In this document: positions 9,194 through 21,246 of the stretch, piece after piece | Layout: each line of letters starts with the position of its first letter | How positions within the stretch are numbered: the first letter of the stretch is position 1 | From: Polyangiales bacterium | GTDB lineage: Bacteria; Myxococcota_A; Polyangia; Polyangiales; Polyangiaceae | DNA: 63,644 nucleotides | Assembly: GCA_038230375.1 (NCBI GenBank) | Contig: JBBRNJ010000054.1 | Span: 1 to 63,644, forward strand | Reading direction: 5' to 3' | Position numbers and translations under genes: made by a program | Notes under the pieces: model-generated | What the model was told of the DNA's origin: nothing | Databases searched by the model: none | What the model saw: only the letters and a program-made list of their open reading frames with translations

Positions 9194-10477
9194 ATGAACG
9201 CGCTCGTGGTCCTCCCCGATATCGAAGCGAAGGACGAGATAGCCCTGCCACAGGTTGGTGACGTCATCGACGGGCGGTATCGCATCGACGAACGTCACGC
9301 GACAGGCGGAATGGGCACAGTCTTCCGTGCGACGCACCTTCAGCTCGAGCGCCAGGTCGCCCTGAAGGTGGCCTCCTGTGTTGTGGTGCGTTTGCCCGGC
9401 GGGCCAGAGCGCTTCCTGCGGGAGGCGCGGCTTGCGACGCAGGTCCAGAGCGAGCACGTTGCGCAAGTCTTCGACGTTGGTGTGCTTCCCAGCGGCATGC
9501 CCTACCTGATCATGGAGTGGCTCGATGGCATCGACCTTGGCGCCGTGCTCAAGATCAGCGGCCCGATGACCGTGGAGACCGCCGTTGATTGCGTCCTGCA
9601 GGCGTGCGAGGCGCTCACGGACGTGCACCGCCAGGGCATCGTTCACAGGGACCTCAAGCCCTCGAACCTCTTCCTGGTGCGTGACAGCGACGGCAACGCG
9701 CGGATCAAGCTCATCGACTTCGGTGTCTCCAAGGTGATCGGCATCGGTCGCGAGCTCGGCCGCATCACGCAGGCGGGCACGGCCATCGGCTCACCGCCGT
9801 ACATGTCACCGGAGCAGATGGGTCTGTCGGAGATCGCCGACGAGCGAACGGACGTATGGGGCCTCGGCGTGGTGCTGTACGAGCTCCTCACCGGCGAGCT
9901 GCCGTTTCGCGGAGCGACACTGAACGACATCCTCGCGGCCATTCTTCTGCAGCCGCTCATCAAGGTCTCGGTCCACGACTCGCGGATCCCGGCAGGCATC
10001 GACGCGGCGATCGCGCGATGCCTGCACCCCGAGCAGACCAAGCGCTTTTCCAGCGTCGGCGAGCTTGCTGCCGCGATCGCGCCGTTCGGTGCGAGCGCGG
10101 CCGCCCCGAAGGCCCGTCGCTCCACACCCGTGCCGATCCAGGGCCAGCGTCGCTCGGTTCCCATTCGCAAACCGCAAGGCTCGCCGACCGAATTTCACAC
10201 GAGCGAACTCATGTCGGTGACGGCGGTAGCGCCGCGTCAGGGCTGGCTTCGCGGACCCCGCGGCGTCGCGTTCGGCGCCTTCCTTGGGCTCCTCGTGGCG
10301 CTGCCTGTGGTGCTGATCCAGGCCGCGCCAGCGACGTCAAACGGCACGCGCGTGCCCCTGGGCGTGACGACGGAGCTCCTGCCCAGGGTCGACCCTCCGG
10401 TCACCGCTCCCGAGCTCGGTGATGCCTCGACCGATGCGGCGTCGTCCGATGCAGCCGCGGCCGCCGACTCCGACTGA
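9194..10477 (+). CDS. Membrane-anchored Ser/Thr protein kinase (start may be GTG 9206)
   Basis: GGMG, VALK, HRDLKPSN, DFG, YMSPEQ and DVWGLG motifs; one TM helix near the C-terminus. Confidence 0.93.
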   Translation: MNALVVLPDIEAKDEIALPQVGDVIDGRYRIDERHATGGMGTVFRATHLQLERQVALKVASCVVVRLPGGPERFLREARLATQVQSEHVAQVFDVGVLPSGMPYLIMEWLDGIDLGAVLKISGPMTVETAVDCVLQACEALTDVHRQGIVHRDLKPSNLFLVRDSDGNARIKLIDFGVSKVIGIGRELGRITQAGTAIGSPPYMSPEQMGLSEIADERTDVWGLGVVLYELLTGELPFRGATLNDILAAILLQPLIKVSVHDSRIPAGIDAAIARCLHPEQTKRFSSVGELAAAIAPFGASAAAPKARRSTPVPIQGQRRSVPIRKPQGSPTEFHTSELMSVTAVAPRQGWLRGPRGVAFGAFLGLLVALPVVLIQAAPATSNGTRVPLGVTTELLPRVDPPVTAPELGDASTDAASSDAAAAADSD

Positions 10478-10594
10478 CACGCGCCTGCGCGGCGTCGTTC
10501 GTGCCGTGGACGAGTGCGCGACGACGCTGCACAAAACGTCGAAGGCCCATGCGTTTCCACATGGGCCCTTCTTCTTCCTGCGCTCTCGTCGAGT

Positions 10595-10999
10595 CTAGCG
10601 TCGTGACACCGCTGCCGGCCCCGTCTCTCGCTCACGGTCGTAGTTGCGTTCGGCGCTCGTGCTTCGTGTGCTCTTGGTGCTCGGCAATGTCCACGACACG
10701 ATGTCGGTGGCGCCACCGCGCGCGAAGATCTGAGACGCCTTCAGCTGCTCTTCCGCCGAGCCGCAGTGAGCGGCGACCAGGATGCCGCCGCCCCGTACGA
10801 GCGTCTCGAACTTTTCTGCGTGATTCTCCGGGATGTCGAACCCCGCGAGACCACCCACCGCCGTGGTCTCCGTCTTCGCTTGATCAGGAACATGGACCAA
10901 GATCTTCTCTCGGTCGAAGTTCGCCGCCATGAACGCGCCAACAATGCTCTGTGCTTCTTCTTGGGTTCGGGTGATCCCGAAGACAGTGCGGTTGCTCAT
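10595..10999 (-). CDS. Hypothetical protein, general-stress-protein-like
   Basis: VFGI...AQSIV...GLAGFDIPE.HA.KFE..VRGGGILVAAH pattern; AAGGGA SD; last gene of the OmpA-CsbD operon. Confidence 0.6.
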   Translation of the reverse strand: MSNRTVFGITRTQEEAQSIVGAFMAANFDREKILVHVPDQAKTETTAVGGLAGFDIPENHAEKFETLVRGGGILVAAHCGSAEEQLKASQIFARGGATDIVSWTLPSTKSTRSTSAERNYDRERETGPAAVSRR

Positions 11000-11014
11000 G
11001 GATGCGTCCCTTCT

Positions 11015-11302
11015 TCAGCTGGAGGATTTCGCGGCGGCGTTCACTGCGTCACGGGTCTGCTTGTCGATCTTCACCGTAGGCGGGAGATCGCCCCGGGGCT
11101 TCGCGTCGAGCATGTGGATCCACTCGTCCACCTGCTTCTCCGCCTCTTCCTTGAGGATGCCGTATCGCTCGGACAGCTTCCCCACGAGGACGTCCTTCTT
11201 GCCTGCGAGGGCATGCACGTCATCGTCGGTGAGCTTGGCCCACTTGACGCGTACCTCGCCCTTCAGCTGGTCCCACTTGCCTTCGATCTGCTCCCAGTTC
11301 AC
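11015..11302 (-). CDS. CsbD family stress protein
   Basis: NWEQIEGKWDQLKGEVRVKWAKLTDDD...LVGKLSERYG signature; GTG start overlaps the OmpA stop. Confidence 0.9.
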   Translation of the reverse strand: MNWEQIEGKWDQLKGEVRVKWAKLTDDDVHALAGKKDVLVGKLSERYGILKEEAEKQVDEWIHMLDAKPRGDLPPTVKIDKQTRDAVNAAAKSSS

Positions 11303-12210
11303 TTGGTCGTGCCCATCGCCGGCTTCGGCGGCTGAACGATGATCTCGACGCGGCGATTCATCGAGCGGCCCTCGGTGGACTTGTTGTCGCCCACGGGCTG
11401 CGACGGGCCGTGGCCCTCCGCGCTGATGAGATCCTGCGGAATGCCCTTGGTGACCAGGTAGGTCTTCACGGCGTTCGCGCGCTTCTCGGAGAGGTCCTGG
11501 TTGTACGCGGTGTCGCCGCCGACGTTGTCGGTGTGACCGCTGATGAGGATGTGGCGTTCCTGCCCCTTCAATGTCTCAGCGACGCGATCGAGCTTCACCA
11601 TCGCGCCGGGGAGCAGCTCCCACTTTGCGGTCTTGAACAGCGCTTCACCCTGGAACGTCACGACCATGCCGCGGTCGTCGTCCTTCACGGAGGCGATCTG
11701 TGCGAGCGTGAGGCGAGCCGCCTTGAGCGCCTCTTCGGCCTTCGCGCGCTGGATCTTCTCGCGCTCCAGGTCCTCCTGCGTCTTCACGAGATCTGTCTGC
11801 GTCGCCTGAAGCTGGCCTTGCGCGTTCTGAAGGCGCCCTGCCTGCTGATCCTTGAACGCCTGCTCGGCGCGCGTCTTGTCCAGCTCCGCCTGCATCACGT
11901 TCGCCTTTGCGCCCGCGTTCTCCGCCTTCAGCTGCGCGATGCGCGCGAGGTCGAGTGTTTGGGGCGCGTCCGGGTTCTCGTTGAAGGCCTGCTCCGCGCG
12001 ATCGAGCGCGACAGCCGCTTCGTGGACGTCGGCCGGATCGAGCTGATTCGCCGGTCCGTTCTTCGCGCGCAGCATCTCGGCGCGTGCGTTGGTGAGCTCC
12101 ACGGGGGGAACGGGCGGGCCGCCGCAGCCGGTGCCGATTGCGAAGAAGAAGGCGGATAGAGCGACTGCAGAAGCAAACTGGTGCGTTTTCATGGGGATCA
12201 TCTTTCTCAC
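11299..12210 (-). CDS. DUF4398-like + OmpA C-terminal domain lipoprotein
   Basis: Lipobox GTGC, coiled coil, GHTDNVG..YNQDLSEKRA..V and NRRVEI motifs. Confidence 0.9.
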   Translation of the reverse strand: MRKMIPMKTHQFASAVALSAFFFAIGTGCGGPPVPPVELTNARAEMLRAKNGPANQLDPADVHEAAVALDRAEQAFNENPDAPQTLDLARIAQLKAENAGAKANVMQAELDKTRAEQAFKDQQAGRLQNAQGQLQATQTDLVKTQEDLEREKIQRAKAEEALKAARLTLAQIASVKDDDRGMVVTFQGEALFKTAKWELLPGAMVKLDRVAETLKGQERHILISGHTDNVGGDTAYNQDLSEKRANAVKTYLVTKGIPQDLISAEGHGPSQPVGDNKSTEGRSMNRRVEIIVQPPKPAMGTTK

Positions 12211-12611
12211 TGGGGCTTCTTGGACAGGTCAGCGCCCGTCGTGGTCGTGGTGGGCGGCACGGGCATGGTCATCGGCTTGCCGAGCTGGGCCTGCGCCTTC
12301 TGGAGCTCGGTGCGCGCCTTCGCCTCACGTCCCTGGTTGAGCGCGAGCTCCGATTCGGCGCTTGCGCGCGCGATGAGCTGTCCGGCGCGTTCGTTGTCCT
12401 TGGAGTTGTTGGTTGCCATCAGCGTCTTCGCTGAGTCCAGGTTCTCCTGGGCAAGGCGCATGTGGAGCTGTGCGTCCGCGACGCCATTGCCCGTTTCTTG
12501 GGCTCGACCCAGATCGAGCTTCGCCTGCGCGAACTCGGCGTTCGGCGGAGGCACGTTTGCGCCGCATCCGATGAGGGCGAGAGTGGTGACGATGGCCATG
12601 GTGGTTCGCAT
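12207..12611 (-). CDS. DUF4398-like lipoprotein
   Basis: Lipobox LIGC; AQLHMRLAQENL..A...RASAESELA helical pattern; coupled to the OmpA gene. Confidence 0.8.
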   Translation of the reverse strand: MRTTMAIVTTLALIGCGANVPPPNAEFAQAKLDLGRAQETGNGVADAQLHMRLAQENLDSAKTLMATNNSKDNERAGQLIARASAESELALNQGREAKARTELQKAQAQLGKPMTMPVPPTTTTTGADLSKKPQ

Positions 12612-12637
12612 TTCAGTTTCTCCTTCCCGGCGCCAAC

Positions 12638-12652
12638 GCAAGACCCCTGCCA
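12638..12652 (-). promoter_or_regulatory. sigma54 -24/-12 promoter (DUF4398-OmpA-CsbD operon)
   Basis: Minus strand TGGCAG-GGGTC-TTGC, 27 nt before the ATG. Confidence 0.75.
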
Positions 12653-12768
12653 AGCCGAAACGGGGCGGAAAACGAACTTCGACCGAGCGTGAGTGTGGCA
12701 ATACGGCCCGATTGGGGCGCGCGCGTCGCTCATACGTGTCTGCCGCCGCAGCCCGAGCACCGGAGGAA

Positions 12769-12783
12769 CGGCACATCACTTGC
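12769..12783 (+). promoter_or_regulatory. sigma54 -24/-12 promoter (hybrid kinase)
   Basis: CGGCAC-ATCAC-TTGC, followed by GGAG SD and ATG 12810. Confidence 0.75.
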
Positions 12784-12809
12784 GACTGCTGCGAGCGATC
12801 GGAGAACAC

Positions 12810-14768
12810 ATGACGACCTCGAACACGATCGCCACATCCCCGCGGGTGCTGCGCCTCCTTCTTGTGGAGGACGACAGCGCGGATGCCATGTTCTTCCGGG
12901 CGCTCATCGAACGCGCCCACCTTGCCTACGACCTTCATCGCGTCTCCACGCTTGCGGAGGCGCTTGGCAGCCTCACGGAGCCGGGCGCCGCGTTCGACGT
13001 GATCTTGCTCGACCTGGGCCTGCCGGACTCGACCGGACTGGAAGGCGCCACGCGTCTCACGGGCGCAGTTCCGGGCATTCCCATCGTGGTGCTCACCGGC
13101 TCCAATGACGACGAGCTCGCGATGCGCGCGGCCACGCAGCAGGTCCAGGACTACCTGGTCAAGTGGGACTTCGACGCGAGCACGCTCGGTCGATGCATCC
13201 GCTACGCCGTGGAGCGCAACACCCTGCGCGAGCAGCTTCGAAGCGAGGTCGCGCGTGCCGCGGCCGCCAGTCAGGCAAAGGGCGATTTCCTTGCGACGAT
13301 GAGCCACGAGATCCGCGCGCCCATGAACGTGGTGCTCGGCATGGCGGAGCTACTGCGGACGACGCCGCTCTCGCCCGCTCAGTGGGGCATGCTGGATCGC
13401 CTTCGCACGGCAGGCGATCACCTCCTGGCGCTCATCGACGACGTGCTCGATCTCTCGCGCATCGAAGCCGGTCGTGTGGAGCTCGACGCAGTCCCATTCG
13501 GCCTCCCCGAGCTCGTGTCGGGAACGGCGGACATGGTGCGGCTGCAGGCGCAGAGCAAGGGGCTCGGCGTATCGGTCGACGTCGATCCGTCGCTGCCACA
13601 CGTGCTCGTCGGCGACCCGAAGCGATTGCGTCAAGTGCTGCTCAACCTGCTTGGCAACGCGGTCAAGTTCACCATGACGGGGAGCGTGGAGCTCACGCTT
13701 CGCCTCGCCGAGAACGGCACGCGTGATGGCGCAGTGTCCATTCGCGTGCAGGACTCCGGGCCGGGAATTCCGCAAGATCGACTCGTGAGCGTGTTCGAGA
13801 AGTTCGTTCAGGCCGACTCGGGCATTGCACGGCGGCACGGCGGCGCGGGGCTAGGGCTCGCGATCGCATCGGACCTTGTTTCCCTCATGGGTGGAGAGCT
13901 CGCCGTCGAGAGCGAGGTCGGTCGAGGCTCAGCGTTCTACTTCACGGTTCCGCTGCACGTCCCTGACAGTACGACGAGCCGACCCGTGCCGCGCCTGCAA
14001 GACGATGAGACCATCGAACGCGAGCTCTCCAGTGGCGGAGCGACCACGCGAATCCTGCTCATCGATGACTCCCAAGACAACCACATGCTCATCCGCGCGT
14101 ACCTCGAAGATCTTCCCGTCAGCGTGCTGTGTGTGGAGAGTGGCGAGGCGGGGGTTGCGGCGTTCGCGGCAGACACCTTCGATGTGGTGTTCGTGGACAT
14201 GCACATGCCTGGACTCGATGGCTGCGCGACCTTGCAGGCGCTCCGCGCGCACGAGCAGCTCACCTACGCCGTCCCCACGCCGATGATCGCGCTCTCTGCC
14301 GACGTCCTGAAAGAGAGCCTCGTACGAGCGAAGGCGGCGGGATGCGACGACTACGTGTCGAAGCCCGTGCGGCGCGCCGCGTTCCTGGAGGTCGTGTGGC
14401 GGTTCGCGAGGAGCGATGGTCCCTCGTCGTCACAGGCGCTTGCGGCGATGCCAAGCGAACCGCTCGACCCTGTCTTCTCGTCGAACCTGCCCCGATTCCT
14501 GGCGAACAGGCGCGCCGACTGCGTCGTCATGAGGGCCTCCCTCGGAGTCGACTTCGATCGCATTGCGGTGCTCGCGCACAACATGAAGGGCACGGGGACC
14601 TCCTTCGGCTTCCCGGAGCTGTCACGGCTCGGCGGCGAGCTGGAGGCCCTCGCGCGCACCAGGGACGACGAAGGCACACGCCGCGTACTGGACGAGCTGA
14701 CCTTCGAGCTCGCAACGGTGGATGCCCTTCACGCTGCACAGCCAGCAACGTTGACCTTCAATGCTTAG
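12810..14768 (+). CDS. Cytoplasmic hybrid histidine kinase (REC-HisKA-HATPase-REC-Hpt)
   Basis: LLDLGLPD receiver, SHEIRAPM H-box, NLLGNAVKFT, GAGLGL, second receiver VDMHMP..SKP, Hpt AHNMKG. Confidence 0.93.
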   Translation: MTTSNTIATSPRVLRLLLVEDDSADAMFFRALIERAHLAYDLHRVSTLAEALGSLTEPGAAFDVILLDLGLPDSTGLEGATRLTGAVPGIPIVVLTGSNDDELAMRAATQQVQDYLVKWDFDASTLGRCIRYAVERNTLREQLRSEVARAAAASQAKGDFLATMSHEIRAPMNVVLGMAELLRTTPLSPAQWGMLDRLRTAGDHLLALIDDVLDLSRIEAGRVELDAVPFGLPELVSGTADMVRLQAQSKGLGVSVDVDPSLPHVLVGDPKRLRQVLLNLLGNAVKFTMTGSVELTLRLAENGTRDGAVSIRVQDSGPGIPQDRLVSVFEKFVQADSGIARRHGGAGLGLAIASDLVSLMGGELAVESEVGRGSAFYFTVPLHVPDSTTSRPVPRLQDDETIERELSSGGATTRILLIDDSQDNHMLIRAYLEDLPVSVLCVESGEAGVAAFAADTFDVVFVDMHMPGLDGCATLQALRAHEQLTYAVPTPMIALSADVLKESLVRAKAAGCDDYVSKPVRRAAFLEVVWRFARSDGPSSSQALAAMPSEPLDPVFSSNLPRFLANRRADCVVMRASLGVDFDRIAVLAHNMKGTGTSFGFPELSRLGGELEALARTRDDEGTRRVLDELTFELATVDALHAAQPATLTFNA

Positions 14769-14870
14769 CCCCAAAGGCACGTTTCCCCGCTGTGGCAGCA
14801 ATGTTGCCACCATTGACGTCTCGCGCGGCTCCGAGCTGCCCGTATCCGCGTCCCAGCACTGCACGGTGCC

Positions 14871-14885
14871 CGGCACAACGGTTGC
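14871..14885 (+). promoter_or_regulatory. sigma54 -24/-12 promoter (response regulator pair)
   Basis: CGGCAC-AACGG-TTGC. Confidence 0.75.
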
Positions 14886-14898
14886 TCGAGAGGTCTGC

Positions 14899-15474
14899 AT
14901 GCAACCGATTCACCCAACGCAGGGGCCCGGACCGGCAGTCGTGGAACGCAGGCGGAAGAGTGGAACGATCGCGTGTCGGTTGCACCACGAACCCGAGGCC
15001 CAGCTCTCAGCGCCCGGGGGCCCGGTTCACGTGATGGTCGTCGAAGACGACGAGGTGGAGCTCATGGCCCTGCGCAGGGCGCTCAAGGACGCGCGCACGC
15101 CGCATGTTCTCACCGTGGCTCACGATGGACTCGAGGCGCTCGAAACGTTGACAAGGCCGGGAGACGCGCCGGCGCTCATCTTCCTGGACCTCAACATGCC
15201 GCGGATGAACGGGCTGGAGTTCCTTGATGCGCTACGAGCGGATCCATTGCACGCCGCCATCGACGTTGTGGTTGTCACGACCTCGGCGGCCAAGGAAGAC
15301 CAGCGCGCCGCCTGGGCGGGACACGTTGTGGGCTACGTCGTGAAGTCGATGCAGCCGGGGGGCCTCCAGCTCTTCGCGAGCATGGTCGACGGATTCTTGG
15401 CGCGCGCAGCGGCCGCACGTGGCCCGTCGCCGCAGTGGATTGGACCTCCACGCACTCGCAGAGGCGACCCGTGA
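14899..15474 (+). CDS. Single-domain response regulator (Rcp1-like)
   Basis: VVEDD, FLDLNMPRMNGLEFL, VTTS, YVVK. Start placed downstream of the sigma54 motif and is uncertain. Confidence 0.85.
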   Translation: MQPIHPTQGPGPAVVERRRKSGTIACRLHHEPEAQLSAPGGPVHVMVVEDDEVELMALRRALKDARTPHVLTVAHDGLEALETLTRPGDAPALIFLDLNMPRMNGLEFLDALRADPLHAAIDVVVVTTSAAKEDQRAAWAGHVVGYVVKSMQPGGLQLFASMVDGFLARAAAARGPSPQWIGPPRTRRGDP

Positions 15475-15872
15475 TGGCGGACGTTCCGCCGTCGACCGAC
15501 GCGAAGCGGGTCATGATCGTTGATGACGACGATGACCTTCGCGAGACCATCTCCGACGTCCTCACGTCGCACGGCTACGTGGTGTCCGAAGCCGGTGACG
15601 GCGCGACGGCCATGGCTGTCCTCCAGAAAAGCGCATCGCTGCCTCAGCTGATTCTCCTCGACCTCGTGCTGCCCGATTGCGACGGGTTCGAGTTTCGCAC
15701 GCGACAGCTCGCGGAACGATCGCTGGCCGCGATCCCCGTGGTGGTGCTCTCAGGCTCTGGAGACATCGCCGCGATCTCCGCCGTGCTTCGCGTCAAAGGG
15801 TACCTGCAGAAGCCGTTCGAGCCGCGCACGTTGCTCGCTGCCGTCGAGCGCCACTGGCCCTCCACCGGTTGA
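15474..15872 (+). CDS. Single-domain response regulator
   Basis: IVDDD, LLDLVLP, VLSG, LQKP motifs. Confidence 0.88.
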   Translation: MADVPPSTDAKRVMIVDDDDDLRETISDVLTSHGYVVSEAGDGATAMAVLQKSASLPQLILLDLVLPDCDGFEFRTRQLAERSLAAIPVVVLSGSGDIAAISAVLRVKGYLQKPFEPRTLLAAVERHWPSTG

Positions 15873-15960
15873 GGGGCATGCAATGTGCTCCGCGTTGACG
15901 TCGTGGCTGCACCGATGGGGTGCGGTGCCACAGCGTCCAGCATGACGCGGGAGCAGTCAT

Positions 15961-16224
15961 ATGGGCATCTTGATGTTTCTCGTATTCGGCCTCGTCGTGG
16001 GGCTCATTGCGCGTGCGATCATGCCGGGAAACCAGTCGATGGGGATCCTCGCGACGGCCCTCCTGGGCATCGCAGGTTCGTTCGTGGGAGGTTTCCTCGC
16101 GAGCCTGGTCTATGGACGCAGCGCCGCCGATCTCCACGCCACGGGGCTCGTGGGCGCCATCATTGGTTCGCTGGTCCTGTTGTTCATCGCGGGGCTGGTC
16201 AATTCGCGCTGGTCGCGTGGGTGA
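15961..16224 (+). CDS. GlsB/YeaQ/YmgE family stress-response membrane protein
   Basis: GLVVGLIARAIMPG...LGIAGSFVGG...GAIIGSLVLL signature. Confidence 0.9.
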   Translation: MGILMFLVFGLVVGLIARAIMPGNQSMGILATALLGIAGSFVGGFLASLVYGRSAADLHATGLVGAIIGSLVLLFIAGLVNSRWSRG

Positions 16225-16334
16225 CAGGCACCAGCCGATGCCTGAGCGGGACATTATGTCCCGGATGGGACATAGTTGTGCAGTCTAGACCGCTGCTCCG
16301 CTCACAATCCGCTGCATTCGGCCGCATTTGAAGG

Positions 16335-16349
16335 TGGCACGCTCGGTGC
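16335..16349 (+). promoter_or_regulatory. sigma54 -24/-12 promoter (NtrC-type gene)
   Basis: TGGCAC-GCTCG-GTGC. Confidence 0.6.
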
Positions 16350-16392
16350 GTTGTCCCTGGCGATCCCGACGTGGCCTCTGGCCGGAAAGTAT

Positions 16393-17811
<1,419 letters not shown>

Positions 17812-20030
17812 CCTCCGCCTTCTTCGCCAGCACGTTCGCGAGCTCCGTCAGGACCTCGCTCGCGGCGCGCGGCGCGGGGAGGGGCATCGCATCGCCGACC
17901 AGCGGCCACACAGCCGTACGGAGCTCGCTCGGCAAGACCGTCTGAAGGTACTCGAGCGCGGTCCCGCGGCTCTTCACGTCCTCGTGGTGCAGCGCGCGAA
18001 GACACATGCGGAGCGGCTCACGATCGAGGACCAGGCCGAGCAGCGTGAAGACGTGCTCCAGACTGCGGGTCACGCGATCGCGAAGCATCCAGTCGAGGAT
18101 CGCCTGCTCGTCGGTCTTGTCCTCGTCGTCGTCGTCACTGACCTCCTCGGCGGCCTGGGCCTCTTCCACGACCTGCTTCACCTCGCGAAGGACCGTCTCG
18201 GTCACCTTCTCGTGAGACAGGACCACCTCCGGGTTTTCGTCCGTCACGTGGAGGAGCGAGCGCGCACACGCGTACCTGACCTCGAAGCGTGGGTCCGCCA
18301 ACCCGAGAAGCAGACCGTCCGCAGCTCTTTGCGAGCGACAACCAGCGAGCACGCGGGCCACGCGGCGCCGTACGATCGGTTCCATCCGCGGCTCCGTGAG
18401 CGTGTCCACCAGCTGGCCCGTGACGACACCGGCGGCGCGCTTCAACGCGGCACGCGCGTCGGCCTGGAGCGCGTCCTCGGACAGCCGCGCGATCACCAGG
18501 CCGGCGAGCGGCCACTGGGATGCGTCCCAGCTTGCCAGCGCTGCACGCGTGACGGCCTGATCGCGTGACAGCAGGTTCGTCGCTGCGGTCGCCAGCATCT
18601 GACGCGCCGCGAGCGCATCGCGCGTGAGCCCGTTCGGCGTTGCTTTGGCGGTGAGCGCCTCGACCTTTTGCTGCAGCTTCTCGCGTGCGCCCTCCTCCTC
18701 GGCACCGCCGGGAGGTGCGGTCGTGGGGCGGGCCATCGCGTCCAGCGCCTGTCCGCCCTCTCGAAGGCCTTGCTCGAGCGCCGCGACGTAGCCCTGATGC
18801 AGCTTGCGGATCAGCGGAAACGTCGCGACCGCCAGGATCACGACAACGCCGAGCGACACGCGTTGCGGCTCGCGCGTGATGATCGCAACGGCCATGAGCG
18901 CCGCACCGATGACGGTGCCGAGCCGATCGAGCCCAACGTCGATGATGGCCTTGGTCGCTCGTTTGGTCGTTTCGGACACCGGCGTGTAGAAGAGCTCGTA
19001 GGCCGAGCGAAAGAGCGAGTTGCGGTAGAGCAGCTCGCCGCCGCGCAGGACGCTGGCGCTGCCCAGGCCTGGAACTGCAAGACCCAGAGCGCCGCCCAGC
19101 ACGATCACGCCGGGCAGGAAGCCAATGTTCATGGCAAGGGAGAGCTTCTCCGTGGCGATGCGCCCGAACGCCACCTGCACCGCGAGCGACAGCACGCCAA
19201 CGGCCAGCCCGAACAGTGAGAAGAACGCAAGGAGCTCCTCGCCCTTTCCAAATGTGGCGGTCGCCTGCGCGGTGAAGACATAGTCCAGGAGCGAAGAGAT
19301 GGCGGAGCCTGCCACCACCAAAAGGCCAAGGTTCCTGAGGAACGGCGTGCGCGCAAGCAGCGCGAGCGGCGCGTGAAGCTCCTGAGTCGTCGCGTCTGGA
19401 GGCAAGATCGAAGCTGACGCTGACCTGGTCGCCGCTGAGCCCTTCGCTCGTGAGAGGAGGACGCCCGCGAGGCACAGCACGTTCAGCGCCGCGAGTAACA
19501 GGATCGAGTTCGTCAACGTCAGCAGCGATGATGCGCGCCACGCAGCGAGTCCGCCTAGCACGCCGCCAAGGGTTCCTCCGCTTGCGATGCGCGCCACGGC
19601 GCGCTTGGCCGTGAACGGGTCGTAGCGCTCATTGATGTGCGACCAGAACGTGGAGATGAGGATCGGGCTCATCACCGCGGTGTGCAGGTAGACGACGACC
19701 GCGGCCGGCCCCGGAAGGATCAGCGCGAGCAGCCACCCAAACGCAAGTCCCGTGGCGCTGCCCAGGAAAATCCAGGGCAGAAGCCGTCGCGGGCTGGAGC
19801 GCAACAGCGCACGCGACACCAGGAACACGGAGAAGAGCGACAGGATCGCGCCCACCGCCATCACGCGCGGCAACGTCTTCACGTCGAAGCTGGTGAGGTA
19901 GAGCGCGTCCCTGATTGCCTTGCCCGCCACCTGTTGAGCGATGACGGCAGCGGACGTGACCGTCGCTGCGAAGGTAGGGACCTCTATCTTGTCACGTGGT
20001 GTCGTCATCCCGCACGCAGTAGGCTGTCAG

Positions 20031-20483
20031 TCAGTTCCCTGCGCCGTCCACCCCTTTCGGCATGGCCATGTGCGGAGCGCGACGATCTCCCGCCTTGTCG
20101 TTCTCGATCGCCTGCTTGGCAAGGTCGGCGACCGTCGGCTCTGTCTCTGTATCCTTGATGAGACCGCTCACCAGCGCAAGCACGCGCTTGCGGAGCTCGG
20201 GCCCAGAGACGGGCGTGGTGAATGCGGTCGCGACGCTGCCTGCGACGAAGCCGCCCATGAAGAGGCCGACACCACCGAGCCCGGAGGAGCGTCGAGCGAG
20301 GCCCACGCGACCAAGCATCATGCCGAAGATGCGCTCCGACGTTGCGGGGAGCGCATTCAGGGCGAGGTGGAACAGCTTGTTCATTCGCGTCGTGCTCTCC
20401 TTCGCCCCCTCCGCGACCGCCGCCGTGGCGCCCGTGAGCACTTCCTTGGTTTTCTCGACGCCGTTGTGGATCTCGTTGTTCAT
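20031..20483 (-). CDS. YtxH-like domain protein
   Basis: GLFMGGFVAGSVATAFTTPVSGPELRKRV; SD AAAGGGAG. Confidence 0.7.
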   Translation of the reverse strand: MNNEIHNGVEKTKEVLTGATAAVAEGAKESTTRMNKLFHLALNALPATSERIFGMMLGRVGLARRSSGLGGVGLFMGGFVAGSVATAFTTPVSGPELRKRVLALVSGLIKDTETEPTVADLAKQAIENDKAGDRRAPHMAMPKGVDGAGN

Positions 20484-20514
20484 GATGTTCTCCCTTTATT
20501 CTTCGTAACGATAG

Positions 20515-20529
20515 GCACCGGTCGTGCCG
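20515..20529 (-). promoter_or_regulatory. sigma54 -24/-12 promoter (YtxH gene), palindromic
   Basis: Minus strand CGGCAC-GACCG-GTGC, with SD and ATG downstream. Confidence 0.6.
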
Positions 20530-20763
20530 CTACTTCTGGTTTGCGCCCGCGTCCGGACTCTTCTGATCGCGAAGGCTCACGGAAGGTCCGTTGTCGATGT
20601 GCGGGGCCTGGATGTCCTTCGCGTCGATCGACGGCGCCTTCGCGGACGGTTGCTCGAACTGCACCGAAGGCCCACCGTTGTTCGCGGGCTGTGGCTTCTC
20701 GCAGGCCACGAGTGTCACGGCGACGAGACCGACGACGTACGCAAGGCTCGTCGGCTTGTTCAT
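20530..20763 (-). CDS. Small putative lipoprotein
   Basis: MNKPTSLAYVVGLVAVTLVAC lipobox; ATGA overlap with the upstream gene. Confidence 0.65.
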   Translation of the reverse strand: MNKPTSLAYVVGLVAVTLVACEKPQPANNGGPSVQFEQPSAKAPSIDAKDIQAPHIDNGPSVSLRDQKSPDAGANQK

Positions 20764-21233
20764 GATGCCTTTTTGACGGACGCCTTGAGCTCGTCGTACG
20801 CCTTGTCGATGTTCACCTTGTTCGTGTCGAAGGTCATTGGCGTCGACTCGTCGAGCGACTTCCACACCTTCACGAACTCCTCGCGCTGCGCGCGGATGCC
20901 CGGGAGCGCCGCGTCGAGATCCGTCTTCTTCTTGCCCGTCGCGGTGGTCGCGGCCAGGGAGAGATCCGCGATGCTCTTGTCGATGTCCGCGAGGTCCTTC
21001 TGTCGCGTCGTACGGTAGGTGGACACGGACATCTGGAAATCGGCATTCGCCTTCTGGACCTTCTGCGCTGCCTCGGACTGCGCCTGGTCGACCTTCTTGT
21101 TGGCTTCGGTCTGGGCCTGCGTGAGCTCGGTCTGCGCCTGGTCGCGCTTCGTCACATTCTCCTGACCTGGTTTGTCGCAGCCGACGGCGGCGAACGTGAG
21201 TGACATGAGTCCGATGGTGATGATCTGCTTCAT
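20760..21233 (-). CDS. Coiled-coil lipoprotein
   Basis: Lipobox AVGC followed by an amphipathic helical body. Confidence 0.75.
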   Translation of the reverse strand: MKQIITIGLMSLTFAAVGCDKPGQENVTKRDQAQTELTQAQTEANKKVDQAQSEAAQKVQKANADFQMSVSTYRTTRQKDLADIDKSIADLSLAATTATGKKKTDLDAALPGIRAQREEFVKVWKSLDESTPMTFDTNKVNIDKAYDELKASVKKAS

Positions 21234-21246
21234 GACGAGCGCACTC

